In this document: in pieces, positions 30,923-40,254 of the stretch
Numbering within the stretch: position 1 is the first letter of the stretch
Layout: every line of letters starts with the position of its first letter
NCBI GenBank assembly: GCA_965653535.1
Contig: CBFHAG010000005.1
Location: 6,037-70,036, forward strand
Reading direction: 5' to 3'
DNA from: an uncultured Sphingobium sp.
Lineage (GTDB): Bacteria; Pseudomonadota; Alphaproteobacteria; Sphingomonadales; Sphingomonadaceae
DNA length: 64,000 nucleotides
Program-made: the position numbers and the translations under genes
Notes under the pieces: generated by a model
Database searches by the model: none
Told to the model about the DNA's origin: nothing
What the model saw: the letters and a program-made list of their open reading frames with translations, nothing else

Positions 30923-32251
30923 ATGGCAGACGGCAGGGAGGACGCGCTGGGACGTGGAAGGCTGGCGTCTTTCTGCGTGACGGCGCTGGCGATCCAGGCC
31001 TACGCCACGCTGGTCACGGTTTTCCTGCCGGAATTTTACGCCAATGCGTTGGCTTTGCCGGTGGCGGCAGTCGGAACCGCCTTCATGACGGTGCGCGTGC
31101 TGGACCTGATGATCGATCCGCTGCTGGGCGGGATGATGGACGCGACACGAACCCGATGGGGCCGATACCGTCCGTGGCTGGCGGCGAGCGCACCGATCCT
31201 GATGCTGTCCACCTATGCCCTGTTCCAGCCGGAGCGCGGGGTCGGCATGGCCTATTTGTGGGCGTGGCTGTTTATCGCCTTTATCGGCTTTTCGATGATC
31301 GTTTTGTCTCATCTGGCCTGGACGGCGACCCTTTCCACGGGCGCTGCGGAGCGGACGCGGATCTTTGCCTGGTGGCAGGTTTTCGCGACGGCAGGGCAGT
31401 TTTCCATCCTTGCCATTCTGCCGCTGGTGGCCAGTGCCTATCCGGGCGACCCGGCAGCGGGCATGCATGCTGCCGGTTGGGTGATGATCGTGCTCATTCC
31501 CGGCGCGATCCTGCTGGCGCTGCGGACTACGCCTGAAAAACGGCCTGCGGACGGCGCTCAGGCGGCGCTCGCCGTGCGAGATTATGTCGCGTTGTTCTCG
31601 CAAGGTCCGGTCGTCCGACTGGTGCTGGCGGACCTGCTGATCGCTTTGTCCACCGGCGTCGCCAATGCGGTGGCGCTGTTCTTCTACATGGGGCAACTGG
31701 GCTTTGACCGCGCGGTGGCAAGCACGCTGATCCTGATCGCCTATGCCGCCGCCTTCGCGGGCACGCCATTGTTCGTCAAACTCGCTGGACGGATCGGCAA
31801 GGCGCGCGCGTTGCAGGCTGGGGCATTGCTTCAGGCGGTGCTGCAATTGGGAATGGCGGTGCAACCAGCCAATTCATTCTGGCTGACGGCCGCCAATGTC
31901 GCGGCGCTGGGCCTGTGCATTCCAATTGCCTGGTTCCTGCCCCGTGCGCTGATGGCCGATGTCGCCGACGCGACCCGCGCGCGTTTCGGCGTCGATCGCA
32001 CTGGGCTGCTTTATGCGACACTCAACGGGTCGATGAAGCTGGCGCTGGGGCTGGCGGTGGGCCTGGCCTTCCTGCTTCTCGGCTGGCTCGGCTTCGATCC
32101 TGCCCATGCGAGCGATCCGCGCAACGCCTTGCCGCTGCGCACCTTGATCGGCATCGTGCCCGCGCTTTTCTCGTTAGGCGTGGTCCTGTGCATGATGCGA
32201 TACCCTGAAAACACCCTGCGCGACGCGAGCCGCAAGGCCGCACTCGCCTGA
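30923..32251 (+). CDS. MFS transporter, GPH/MelB glycoside:cation symporter family
   Basis: DPLLGGMMDATRTRWGRYRPW, ALMADVAD...RTGL, 12-TM pattern. Confidence 0.88.
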   Translation: MADGREDALGRGRLASFCVTALAIQAYATLVTVFLPEFYANALALPVAAVGTAFMTVRVLDLMIDPLLGGMMDATRTRWGRYRPWLAASAPILMLSTYALFQPERGVGMAYLWAWLFIAFIGFSMIVLSHLAWTATLSTGAAERTRIFAWWQVFATAGQFSILAILPLVASAYPGDPAAGMHAAGWVMIVLIPGAILLALRTTPEKRPADGAQAALAVRDYVALFSQGPVVRLVLADLLIALSTGVANAVALFFYMGQLGFDRAVASTLILIAYAAAFAGTPLFVKLAGRIGKARALQAGALLQAVLQLGMAVQPANSFWLTAANVAALGLCIPIAWFLPRALMADVADATRARFGVDRTGLLYATLNGSMKLALGLAVGLAFLLLGWLGFDPAHASDPRNALPLRTLIGIVPALFSLGVVLCMMRYPENTLRDASRKAALA

Positions 32252-32277
32252 AAATCCTCATAGCGAAAGATCAACTG

Positions 32278-33231
32278 ATGAACCGTCGCGATCTGCTCAA
32301 ATCCTCTGCCCTTCTGATGCTCGCGGCTGGCGTGCCTGCGGCGGCAGGCCGCCGATCTGCATCGCTGTTGGGGAAGGAGGGCGCGGGCGTACAGCTCTAC
32401 ATGTTCGATCCTGATCTTTCCCGCGATTTCGACGGCACGCTGGCCAAGATTGCCGCAGCAGGCGTGCGTTCTGTTGAGCTTGCCTCGCTGCATCGCCGCT
32501 CCCCAGCCGAGTTCCGTGCGGCGCTGGACAAGGCGGGCCTTAAATGCCGCAGCGCCCATGTTGCGGCATCTTCCGCCGTACCGGGCGCATCCGGCCTCTC
32601 TTTCGATGATCTCGGCAAGCTGACGGATGATCTGAAGGTGCTGGGCGCACGCAACGCCGTGCTGCCACTGTTCCAGTTCCCCAAGGACCCGGTCTGGGGA
32701 CCACCCGTGTCCATCATGTCGCTGATGCGTGCTGACAGCCCGCCGTTATCCGCCGAACGCTATGAACGGATGGCGGATTTCCTCAACCAGACCGGCACTG
32801 TCCTTAAAAAACAGGGCGTCAGGATCGGCTACCACAATCATAATGGCGAACTCGCGCCGATTGGCGACAAGACCGGCCTGCAGATACTGCTGGAACGGAC
32901 CGATCCGCGCATCGTCGATTTCGAAATGGATGCGGGCTGGCTGGCGGCGGGCGGGGAGGACCCGGTCGTGTGGCTCCAGCGCTATCGTGGCCGCTTCACC
33001 CAAATGCATGTGAAGGACATCAGGGCGGATACGGTGGTCAATTATCATATGCAGCAAAAGCCGACAGAGGTGGGGTCGGGCACGATGGACTGGCCGGCCA
33101 TCCTGAAAGCGGCGCGGGCTGCGGGCGTGCGCAACTTCTTCGTTGAGCAGGAGCCACCTTTCCCCGGCGCGCGCATCGACTCGCTGAACAAGAGCCTTGC
33201 CTATCTTCGCACGCTGGAGACTGCCCGATGA
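32278..33231 (+). CDS. Tat-exported sugar phosphate isomerase/epimerase-family protein
   Basis: NRRDLL signal; GVQLY, GYHNH, FEMDAGW, MHVKD, EVGSG, FFVEQE. Confidence 0.85.
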   Translation: MNRRDLLKSSALLMLAAGVPAAAGRRSASLLGKEGAGVQLYMFDPDLSRDFDGTLAKIAAAGVRSVELASLHRRSPAEFRAALDKAGLKCRSAHVAASSAVPGASGLSFDDLGKLTDDLKVLGARNAVLPLFQFPKDPVWGPPVSIMSLMRADSPPLSAERYERMADFLNQTGTVLKKQGVRIGYHNHNGELAPIGDKTGLQILLERTDPRIVDFEMDAGWLAAGGEDPVVWLQRYRGRFTQMHVKDIRADTVVNYHMQQKPTEVGSGTMDWPAILKAARAAGVRNFFVEQEPPFPGARIDSLNKSLAYLRTLETAR

Positions 33232-34481
33232 GCCATAGCATGTTGTTTCGCACGACGATCCTGGCGTCATTCTTCGCGGCTGCGGCCATGCCGGTGCAGG
33301 CGCAGAATGATGCTTCGCCAGCCCTGCTTTTCGATGATGTGACCGAAACCCATGTGCCCGTTTCCAAATATCTGCACGCGCTGGACGTGGCGCTGGTGGA
33401 TGTGGATGGCGACGGCGATCTGGACGCGGCAATCGCGGTCGAGATGGGCGCCAATCGGCTGTACATCAATGACGGGCAGGGTCATTTCACCTGGAAGCAA
33501 GAAGCGCTCGGCATCAAGAAGCATGACAGCGAGCATGTGCTGTCGGCCGACTTCAACCGTGACGGCTATCCCGACCTGATCTTCGTCGCGGAGGAGGATC
33601 ACGCCCACCAGCTGTTCCTGGGCGGACCGGGCGGCGTGTTCACCGAAGCGTCCGACCGCCTGCCCAAGATGAGCGAGGGCAATGGCCTGGCGGTGGGCGA
33701 CGTCAATGGGGACGGCCTGCCGGACATCGCAATCGGCAATTCCGCTGAGGACCGGCCCGGCAAGCCGCGCGCGTCAGGGCAGAATTTCCTGTGGCTGAAC
33801 GACGCGAAACAGCCCGGCACTTTCATCGATGCGACCGCCACGCATCTGCCTGCCTATGAGGATGACACGCAGGACATCGCGCTGGCGGACATGGATGGTG
33901 ATGGCGATCTCGACATGGTGGTTGGCAACGAAAGCCCACCCAATCGCCTGCTGCTGAACGATGGCAAGGCGCATTTCCGCGAGGCACCCAAGGCTCTTCA
34001 GCTGCTCACGCCGTTGGAAACGCGTGAAGTGCATGTGTTCGACGCCAATGGCGATAAACGCCCCGACATCCTGTTCCTGAACCTGACCAGCAACAACAAG
34101 AAGTGGGACAAGGACCCGCAGGCCAGATTGCTGATCAACAAGGGGCGGGGCAAGTTTCGCGACGAAACCAAGACGCGCCTGCCCGCCAACCGCTTTTCCA
34201 GTTGGGGTGGGATGGTGATGGACTTCAACCATGACGGCCATCCCGACCTGATCGTCGGTGCCATCGATGTGCCGGGGTTCAAGCCGTTGCAGCTTCGCGC
34301 CTACGCCAATGACGGCAAAGGCCGCTTCACCGATGTCACTGCTTCGGTCATGCCCGCCGCGACGGTCGCGCGGAGCTGGAGCATGGCGAAGGGCGACGTG
34401 AACGGCGATGGCGTGGAGGACCTTTTCGTCGGCAGCTGGGGCACGCAGGCGCGCCTGCTGCTGGGCAAGTCCGGCAAATAG
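33228..34481 (+). CDS. Secreted FG-GAP/VCBS repeat protein
   Basis: Signal peptide; about seven DxDGDGDLD / DxNxDGxPD Ca-binding repeats. Confidence 0.85.
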   Translation: MSHSMLFRTTILASFFAAAAMPVQAQNDASPALLFDDVTETHVPVSKYLHALDVALVDVDGDGDLDAAIAVEMGANRLYINDGQGHFTWKQEALGIKKHDSEHVLSADFNRDGYPDLIFVAEEDHAHQLFLGGPGGVFTEASDRLPKMSEGNGLAVGDVNGDGLPDIAIGNSAEDRPGKPRASGQNFLWLNDAKQPGTFIDATATHLPAYEDDTQDIALADMDGDGDLDMVVGNESPPNRLLLNDGKAHFREAPKALQLLTPLETREVHVFDANGDKRPDILFLNLTSNNKKWDKDPQARLLINKGRGKFRDETKTRLPANRFSSWGGMVMDFNHDGHPDLIVGAIDVPGFKPLQLRAYANDGKGRFTDVTASVMPAATVARSWSMAKGDVNGDGVEDLFVGSWGTQARLLLGKSGK

Positions 34482-34591
34482 CGTCGCATCCCTGTTCCAC
34501 TGGGCGGAATAGGGCGCGCCCTGCAAGTCGGAAATTGCGCGTTTCCCCGCAGCTTTGTAAGCCCGGCTTTATCCGGGGGCGAGGAGCGGGC

Positions 34592-35878
34592 ATGGAACAG
34601 CGGCACGGGGTGAATGAGGAGCGGATCGCGCTGGCGCGGGAGATGTTTGACGTCGCCCTGTCGGCGGTATCGGCGGAGCGTTGCCTGCCGTCGCATCTGC
34701 CACCGCCGCCGGAGGGACGGCGGCTGGTGCTGGCGGTGGGCAAGGCGGGCGCGGCGATGGCGCAAGTCGCGCTGCGCCATTCACTGCCCGGCACACAGGC
34801 GATCATCCTCACGCCTTATGGCCATGGCCTGCCGCCCGGCACCTTCCCCGCTGACGCATTGGTGATCGAGGCCGGGCATCCCTTGCCCGACCAGCACGGC
34901 CTGCGTGCCGCGCAGACGATCCGGGAAGCGGTGAGGGGCCTTGGTGAACAAGATCAGTTGCTGGCGTTGATTTCGGGCGGCGGCTCGGCGCTGCTGGCAT
35001 TGCCGGTTGAGGGTGTGTCTCTGGACGACAAGCGCCGCGTCACGCGCGAGCTTCTATTTTGCGGCGCGACCATTTCGCAGATCAACTGCGTGCGCACGCA
35101 TCTGTCGCAGGTCAAGGGCGGCCGCCTTGCCGCGCTGGCGCATCCGGCCCAGGTGGTTACATTGGCCTTTTCCGACGTGCCTGGGGACGACCCGGCCCTG
35201 ATTGCATCAGGCCCTACCGTCGCTGATCGCACGACCCTGGCCGATGCGCGACGCGTGATCGAACGCTATCGTATTACCGTTCCCGACAACGTCATGGCGG
35301 TACTGAACGATGACCGGCATGCGACGCCGCGGCCGGGTTCGCCTGAACTCGCGCGGGCCGATACGCGTATCGTCGCCCGCAATCGCATGGCGCTGGAGGC
35401 GGCAGGGGAAGTAGCGGCGGCAGCGGGTTACAAGCCGGTCTATCTGGGTGATGATCTTGAAGGGGATGCGACTGAACTCGGCATCGTTCACGCGGCGCTC
35501 GCCCTGCATCATCAGCGAAAGGGCGGGCGATGGGCGCTGCTGTCCGGTGGTGAAACCACGGTGCTGGTCGGCAATCCGTCGGGCAGCGGCGGGCGCAACA
35601 GCGAATATATGTTGAGCTTGGCCATGTCGCTGGACGCCGCGCCCGGCATATCGGCACTGGCATGCGACACGGACGGCATCGATGGCGTGGGTGGGCATGC
35701 AGGCGCGATCGTGGACGAAACGACATTGGCCCGTGCCCGCGCCGCCGGGGTTTCGGCGAGTGGGATGCTGCGGGAAAATAACAGCTTCGGTTTCTTCAAT
35801 GGATTGGGCGACCTAGTGTTCACCGGGCCGACGCGCACCAACGTCAATGATTTCCGCGTGATCCTGATCGACGGTTAA
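34592..35878 (+). CDS. Type-2 glycerate kinase (TtuD/MOFRL family), copy 1
   Basis: AVGKAG, AGHPLPD, LISGGGSAL, SDVPGDD...IASGPT, GGETTV, GGRNSE, TDGIDG, TGPTRTNVND. Confidence 0.9.
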   Translation: MEQRHGVNEERIALAREMFDVALSAVSAERCLPSHLPPPPEGRRLVLAVGKAGAAMAQVALRHSLPGTQAIILTPYGHGLPPGTFPADALVIEAGHPLPDQHGLRAAQTIREAVRGLGEQDQLLALISGGGSALLALPVEGVSLDDKRRVTRELLFCGATISQINCVRTHLSQVKGGRLAALAHPAQVVTLAFSDVPGDDPALIASGPTVADRTTLADARRVIERYRITVPDNVMAVLNDDRHATPRPGSPELARADTRIVARNRMALEAAGEVAAAAGYKPVYLGDDLEGDATELGIVHAALALHHQRKGGRWALLSGGETTVLVGNPSGSGGRNSEYMLSLAMSLDAAPGISALACDTDGIDGVGGHAGAIVDETTLARARAAGVSASGMLRENNSFGFFNGLGDLVFTGPTRTNVNDFRVILIDG

Positions 35879-35900
35879 GCGCTTCCGGGCCTGTCTTCCC

Positions 35901-36686
35901 TCAGGTCTCATCCAGAGCCTGCCTCTTCCACGCCGCGCCGATCGCGAAATGGCTGAGGATGAGGTCGTCGGCCATCACCGCGTTGCCCGCCCGGACGGCT
36001 TCGTAAACCTTGCGGTGGTGATCGATCAGGAATTCCCGCGCCTTTGGGCTGTCGGCGATGTGTTGGCGACGCTCGACATGAGAACGTTCCAGCAGGTGAG
36101 TGATGGTGCCATAGACCGTCGACAAAGCAGGCGAATGCGCTGCGGCGACAAGCCGGGTGTGGAAATGCAGATCCGCCTGACCGCCCCTTGATATATCGCC
36201 GATCGTGGCCTCAATGTCCTCCAGCGCCAGTTCAAGCATCCGGTGATCTTCATCGGTGCCGCGGGCGCAGGCCAGCCGTAGCGCCTGCCGTTCCAGCGCG
36301 ATCCGAACCTCGACAATGTCATCGATGATGGCGGGCTGCTGCGCCAGGGCTAGGGAGAAAAATTCGCCCAGCACGGCCGCGTCGGGGATGCGCACGGTGC
36401 TGGCGCGGCCATGGCGCGTTTCCAGCACGCCGATCATCTCCATCGCGCGCACCGCTTCGCGCACGGCCGGGCGGCTTACCCCCAGGCTGAGCGCCAGTTC
36501 CCGTTCGCTGGGCAGGCGCTGGCCGGTCTGGACGCCGCCGTTGACCAGCAGGTCGCGCAGATGAGCGAGCACCCGGCGATAACCGGACATTTCCGACTCT
36601 GTGGGAATGGATGCGCGCTCGGTCGTCATCTTCACGGCCTTATCGCTCGGGGGGGCGGCTGGCCAGTGCTTTGGCAGCGCGTCCAT
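35901..36686 (-). CDS. GntR/FadR-family regulator with FCD domain
   Basis: RLPSERELA..LGVSRPAVREA..LE, DLHFHTRL..AAHS, DHHRKVYEA. Start may be 36629. Confidence 0.9.
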   Translation of the reverse strand: MDALPKHWPAAPPSDKAVKMTTERASIPTESEMSGYRRVLAHLRDLLVNGGVQTGQRLPSERELALSLGVSRPAVREAVRAMEMIGVLETRHGRASTVRIPDAAVLGEFFSLALAQQPAIIDDIVEVRIALERQALRLACARGTDEDHRMLELALEDIEATIGDISRGGQADLHFHTRLVAAAHSPALSTVYGTITHLLERSHVERRQHIADSPKAREFLIDHHRKVYEAVRAGNAVMADDLILSHFAIGAAWKRQALDET

Positions 36687-36765
36687 ATGATGGAACAGCG
36701 GCGCGAACGAATTGACTTGGCCCCGTATTCAAGGTGCACCACCATGGAACAAGGAGAGACGATTC

Positions 36766-37833
36766 ATGAACGCCAAACATGTTCTGATGGCCGTGGCGAT
36801 GGCCGCTTTGCCCCCGTTCGCGCTTTCGGCGCAAACCTTTACGCGCGGTGATCCGGTTCCGGCCACGTTGCCGTTGGGCAACAAGCCAGGCAATCCGATC
36901 CAGGACATGCCGCCAGGCCAGCGACTGATTTCCGCATTCGGCGAGCGCCCGGCCTTTTCGCCTAAGGGTGACAGGCTGGCCTTCATCGGCAAATCCTATG
37001 GCGACGCATTCGAATATGACATGGCGACCGGGCGCGTGCGCAACCTGACCGACCATGCCCCCAGCGAGGGTTATTTGCGAGTGAGCTATATGGCTGATGG
37101 CAGCTATACGCTGCTGGGGCCGCGCATATTGGGCAAGACGCGGGAAGAAACGCGCATGAGCCGCGTCGAACTGTTCTGGATGGATGCTGAAGCATCGCGC
37201 GCGCCGGTGCCGCTGGGCATCACCGTGTTCGAAGGCGTCGCCGTCAGCCCGCGCAGCAACATGATCGCCTGGAGCAAGTTTACGCTGGGGCCGGATGGAA
37301 AGAAGCCGTCGACCACCATCTACACCGGGCGCGTGGTGGTGAACGGCGCGTCAGCCAAGCTGGAAGATGTGCGCGAGATCGTCACGACCACTGAATGTTT
37401 TGTCGAGGCGCAGGATTTCCTGCCAGGCGACAGGGGGCTGACCATGCCCTGCTACGCCTATGGCACGGGGCCCAGCGGCGTGAGCACGAAGGTGCTGTCG
37501 GTCGACTTTGCGACAAAGAAGATCACCGAATATCCCACGCCTTCCACCCTGTACAACGAAGTCGAAGGGATTCTCCCGGACGGGAAGCGCACGATGGTCG
37601 AATGTGCGCAGGATCGTTCCAAGGGCATGGACCTGTGCGTTCTGGACCTTGACCCTGCCAAACCGCGCTACACGCGCATGACGAACATCGTGCAATATGG
37701 CGGCTGGAAATATGGCAATCCGGTCCTGCACCCCGATGGTCGAGTGATGGCGGCGCAGGTCGGGTCTGCGAACGTCATAGACGCAGGCGTCGGGCAGGGC
37801 ATCGTTCTGATGGACCTGGCGCCCGACTTTTAG
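36766..37833 (+). CDS. Secreted TolB/PD40-like beta-propeller protein
   Basis: ATG 36766 after AAGGAG; signal peptide; FGERPAFSPKGDRLAF, AFEYDM...RNLT. Confidence 0.65.
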   Translation: MNAKHVLMAVAMAALPPFALSAQTFTRGDPVPATLPLGNKPGNPIQDMPPGQRLISAFGERPAFSPKGDRLAFIGKSYGDAFEYDMATGRVRNLTDHAPSEGYLRVSYMADGSYTLLGPRILGKTREETRMSRVELFWMDAEASRAPVPLGITVFEGVAVSPRSNMIAWSKFTLGPDGKKPSTTIYTGRVVVNGASAKLEDVREIVTTTECFVEAQDFLPGDRGLTMPCYAYGTGPSGVSTKVLSVDFATKKITEYPTPSTLYNEVEGILPDGKRTMVECAQDRSKGMDLCVLDLDPAKPRYTRMTNIVQYGGWKYGNPVLHPDGRVMAAQVGSANVIDAGVGQGIVLMDLAPDF

Positions 37834-37840
37834 AAACGCG

Positions 37841-37879
37841 GCGGCGGGGGAGGGGCATTGACCGCCTCCTCCCCGCCGC
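37841..37879. terminator. GC-rich hairpin between convergent genes
   Basis: GCGGCGGGG / CCCCGCCGC stem; no U-tract. Confidence 0.5.
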
Positions 37880-37882
37880 TCG

Positions 37883-40045
37883 TCAAGCGATCGTCAACTG
37901 CACCGCTTCGAACGTGTCGACCGGAGGGAGGTCGAACCAGAGATGATCGCGGTCGCCATCCCGCCGCTTCCCTTTCACGGGCTTGCCCGCCACCAGCATC
38001 TGCGCCGTGCTGCCCACGGCATCCCGCACGCCAAGCTTCAGGTCATGGGCGATGATCGGATCGCCATAGCGGGTGTTGCGCTGGCCGGAATAGTTGATGA
38101 CGTGGACCAGCATCTTGCCCGTCGTCGGCTGCCGCATCGCCATTATCTCGATCGGTCCCGGCCCTTCCAGCACCAAGGGCGGCGGCGGAGCGTAGCGGGC
38201 GATCAGGCTTTCGAACAGCAGCCGGTGCGCGTCCAATCCGTCGCGATAATAGAGCCAGTCGGGCAGCCAGGGGATGTGCACATGATGCCCCTTGCCATAG
38301 GCCCTGACCAGCGCACCCGCATCGGTGCGCGCTGCTTCTCCCGGGCGCGCGTAGGAAAATTCCGGCGGGCCGAAACGCTGGTCGGGCGCGAAGGGGATCA
38401 GCCCGATTGCGTCGGATCGTGGCGTTACGGGGAAAAAGTCCGCGTCGATCGGCATGCGGCCCGGCCCCATCGGAATGGCGGCCTTGCTCATGTCGAGCGA
38501 CCAGCCATGGCCATCGCGTGGCTGGCCGAAGCTGCCGACGGGACTCGACTTCATCGCCGAGCCGGGGCGCGGCTTGCCGCCTTGCCCCAAAGCGCCGGTA
38601 TAGCCGGTCGCGATGAGCAGGCCGCCCGCCTCCACGAAGGCGTCAAGCGCATCAGCATCCTCGTCGCCCAAGCTCATGATGTGGGGCATGATGATGACAT
38701 CATAGGCCCTGTCGCGCGTGGCCTGCCGGACTTGCGGACCGTTGGTCATCCAGAAGGGCAGGCGGGCATCGACCAGCGCCTGATAAGCACCCCGCTGCGC
38801 ATTGTCGTTGTAGCGAGCGAGGCCCGCCCCCTGCGGCTGGAAAATCGATCCTGTATTGTAGATGGCCACCCGTGCCGCCGGGACCAGCCCGGCATAATGG
38901 CGCTCATTGGCCGCATGCCAGTGGAAAAGGCGTGAGATCGGCGGCAGGAAGCGCGGATCATCCTGATCAGCGAGCGTGCCCATGAGATACAGGTCGAGCT
39001 TTGCGCCCGTGCCCAGCGCCTGGGCGAAGCGCAGCATGTGGTTATCGGCGCTTTCCGTCACCTGCCGCCAGGGATAGTCGATGTGAGCGGTCGATGTCGC
39101 TGAAAAAGCCTTCCCCGGAGCAAGGCCCATGAGCGCGCGTGTCTGCTCGCCCATCGCATGGGGCCATTCGGGTGCCTTGCGTGAAACCCGGCGCTGCACC
39201 TCTCCGCGCGCGACGACGCCGCCGAAAAAATCCATCAGCGGCACATTCGGGCGCGCCGCCTTGATAACGTCGCGCGCCTTTGCCGCAAGCTCGGTCGCAA
39301 TGCGCGTCTGGAATTGCTGATAGGCGCCCCAATTAGGATCTTTGCCGTCATCGGTTTTGGGCAGGTCGAGCTTGTACAGTTCATGGAAACGCCGCCTGCA
39401 ATTGTCGCAGACGCAAATGCCGTGATCGACATCGGAATAGTCTGTGCGAACGAAGCTGACCATGTTGAAGAACAGGCCGTCAATGTCGTGGCGCTCGACA
39501 CCTTCTTTCAGGATTTGCAGGCTGTAGTCCTGAGCCCAGCCGCCATTGGGGCAGGCCTGATAGGTCCCGGCATATTCGCGCGGACTGCCGTCGCGGTTGC
39601 GCATGAACCAGTCGGGATGCGCGTCATAGGCGGGCTTCATCGCCTTTGAAAGGTCGAACCGGCCGATATAGGCCAGACCCTCCGCATGAGCGGCGGCGAC
39701 CATCTCGCCCGCGAAATCATTCTTCAGATACGGGTTGCGATAGTGCAGCGGTAATTCTGTAGGATAGAAGGCGACGATCCCGCCGATATTCGACACGATC
39801 ATGTTTGCGCCAAAAGCGCGCGTCTGCCGGGCGATCTCTCGCGGATCTTCCAGCGCGTCGATTTCGCGCAGGTTGGTCTGGAGTATGCGATATTCATGCT
39901 TCCACCATTCACGGCGGTCGAAGCTGCTGTTCCCGCTCGTCGTGGCGGCCCATGTCGTGCCCGAAATAGTGCTCGCCATCGCCGCGGCGGGCAAGGCATG
40001 CACGAGATCGCGGCGCGTGATTCCGCCGATCGCTTTCAAGCCCAT
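37883..40045 (-). CDS. Tat-exported GHL6-like (hypothetical glycoside hydrolase) protein with GH42-trimerisation-like C-terminal domain
   Basis: TRRDLV signal; GGIVAFYPT...DFAGEMVAAAH.EGL...RFDLS; CVCDNC; GAYQALVDARLPF...VIIMP. Confidence 0.72.
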   Translation of the reverse strand: MGLKAIGGITRRDLVHALPAAAMASTISGTTWAATTSGNSSFDRREWWKHEYRILQTNLREIDALEDPREIARQTRAFGANMIVSNIGGIVAFYPTELPLHYRNPYLKNDFAGEMVAAAHAEGLAYIGRFDLSKAMKPAYDAHPDWFMRNRDGSPREYAGTYQACPNGGWAQDYSLQILKEGVERHDIDGLFFNMVSFVRTDYSDVDHGICVCDNCRRRFHELYKLDLPKTDDGKDPNWGAYQQFQTRIATELAAKARDVIKAARPNVPLMDFFGGVVARGEVQRRVSRKAPEWPHAMGEQTRALMGLAPGKAFSATSTAHIDYPWRQVTESADNHMLRFAQALGTGAKLDLYLMGTLADQDDPRFLPPISRLFHWHAANERHYAGLVPAARVAIYNTGSIFQPQGAGLARYNDNAQRGAYQALVDARLPFWMTNGPQVRQATRDRAYDVIIMPHIMSLGDEDADALDAFVEAGGLLIATGYTGALGQGGKPRPGSAMKSSPVGSFGQPRDGHGWSLDMSKAAIPMGPGRMPIDADFFPVTPRSDAIGLIPFAPDQRFGPPEFSYARPGEAARTDAGALVRAYGKGHHVHIPWLPDWLYYRDGLDAHRLLFESLIARYAPPPPLVLEGPGPIEIMAMRQPTTGKMLVHVINYSGQRNTRYGDPIIAHDLKLGVRDAVGSTAQMLVAGKPVKGKRRDGDRDHLWFDLPPVDTFEAVQLTIA

Positions 40046-40254
40046 CCTCCTTATGCTCCTAAACTTTCAGACCGGGTACGTTCAGTCTGCACCCGACAAC
40101 GCACAGGGGCAATGATCTGCCCTGCGCCGTTCCGCCATGTGGAACCGTGCGTCCCCAGGCACCCAATCTGTTCCACATCGCGGAAAGGCGGGTTTCGCCA
40201 ACCAACCCCTCGCTTTAGGCCGCGCGCCATAACATCGATAGATTTGTAGAGGGG

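Noticed and set aside
33400-34440. Periodic GACGGCGA/GATGGCGA DNA repeats as a possible CRISPR or tandem array
   Set aside because: Degenerate and in frame; they encode FG-GAP DxDGD motifs. No cas genes.
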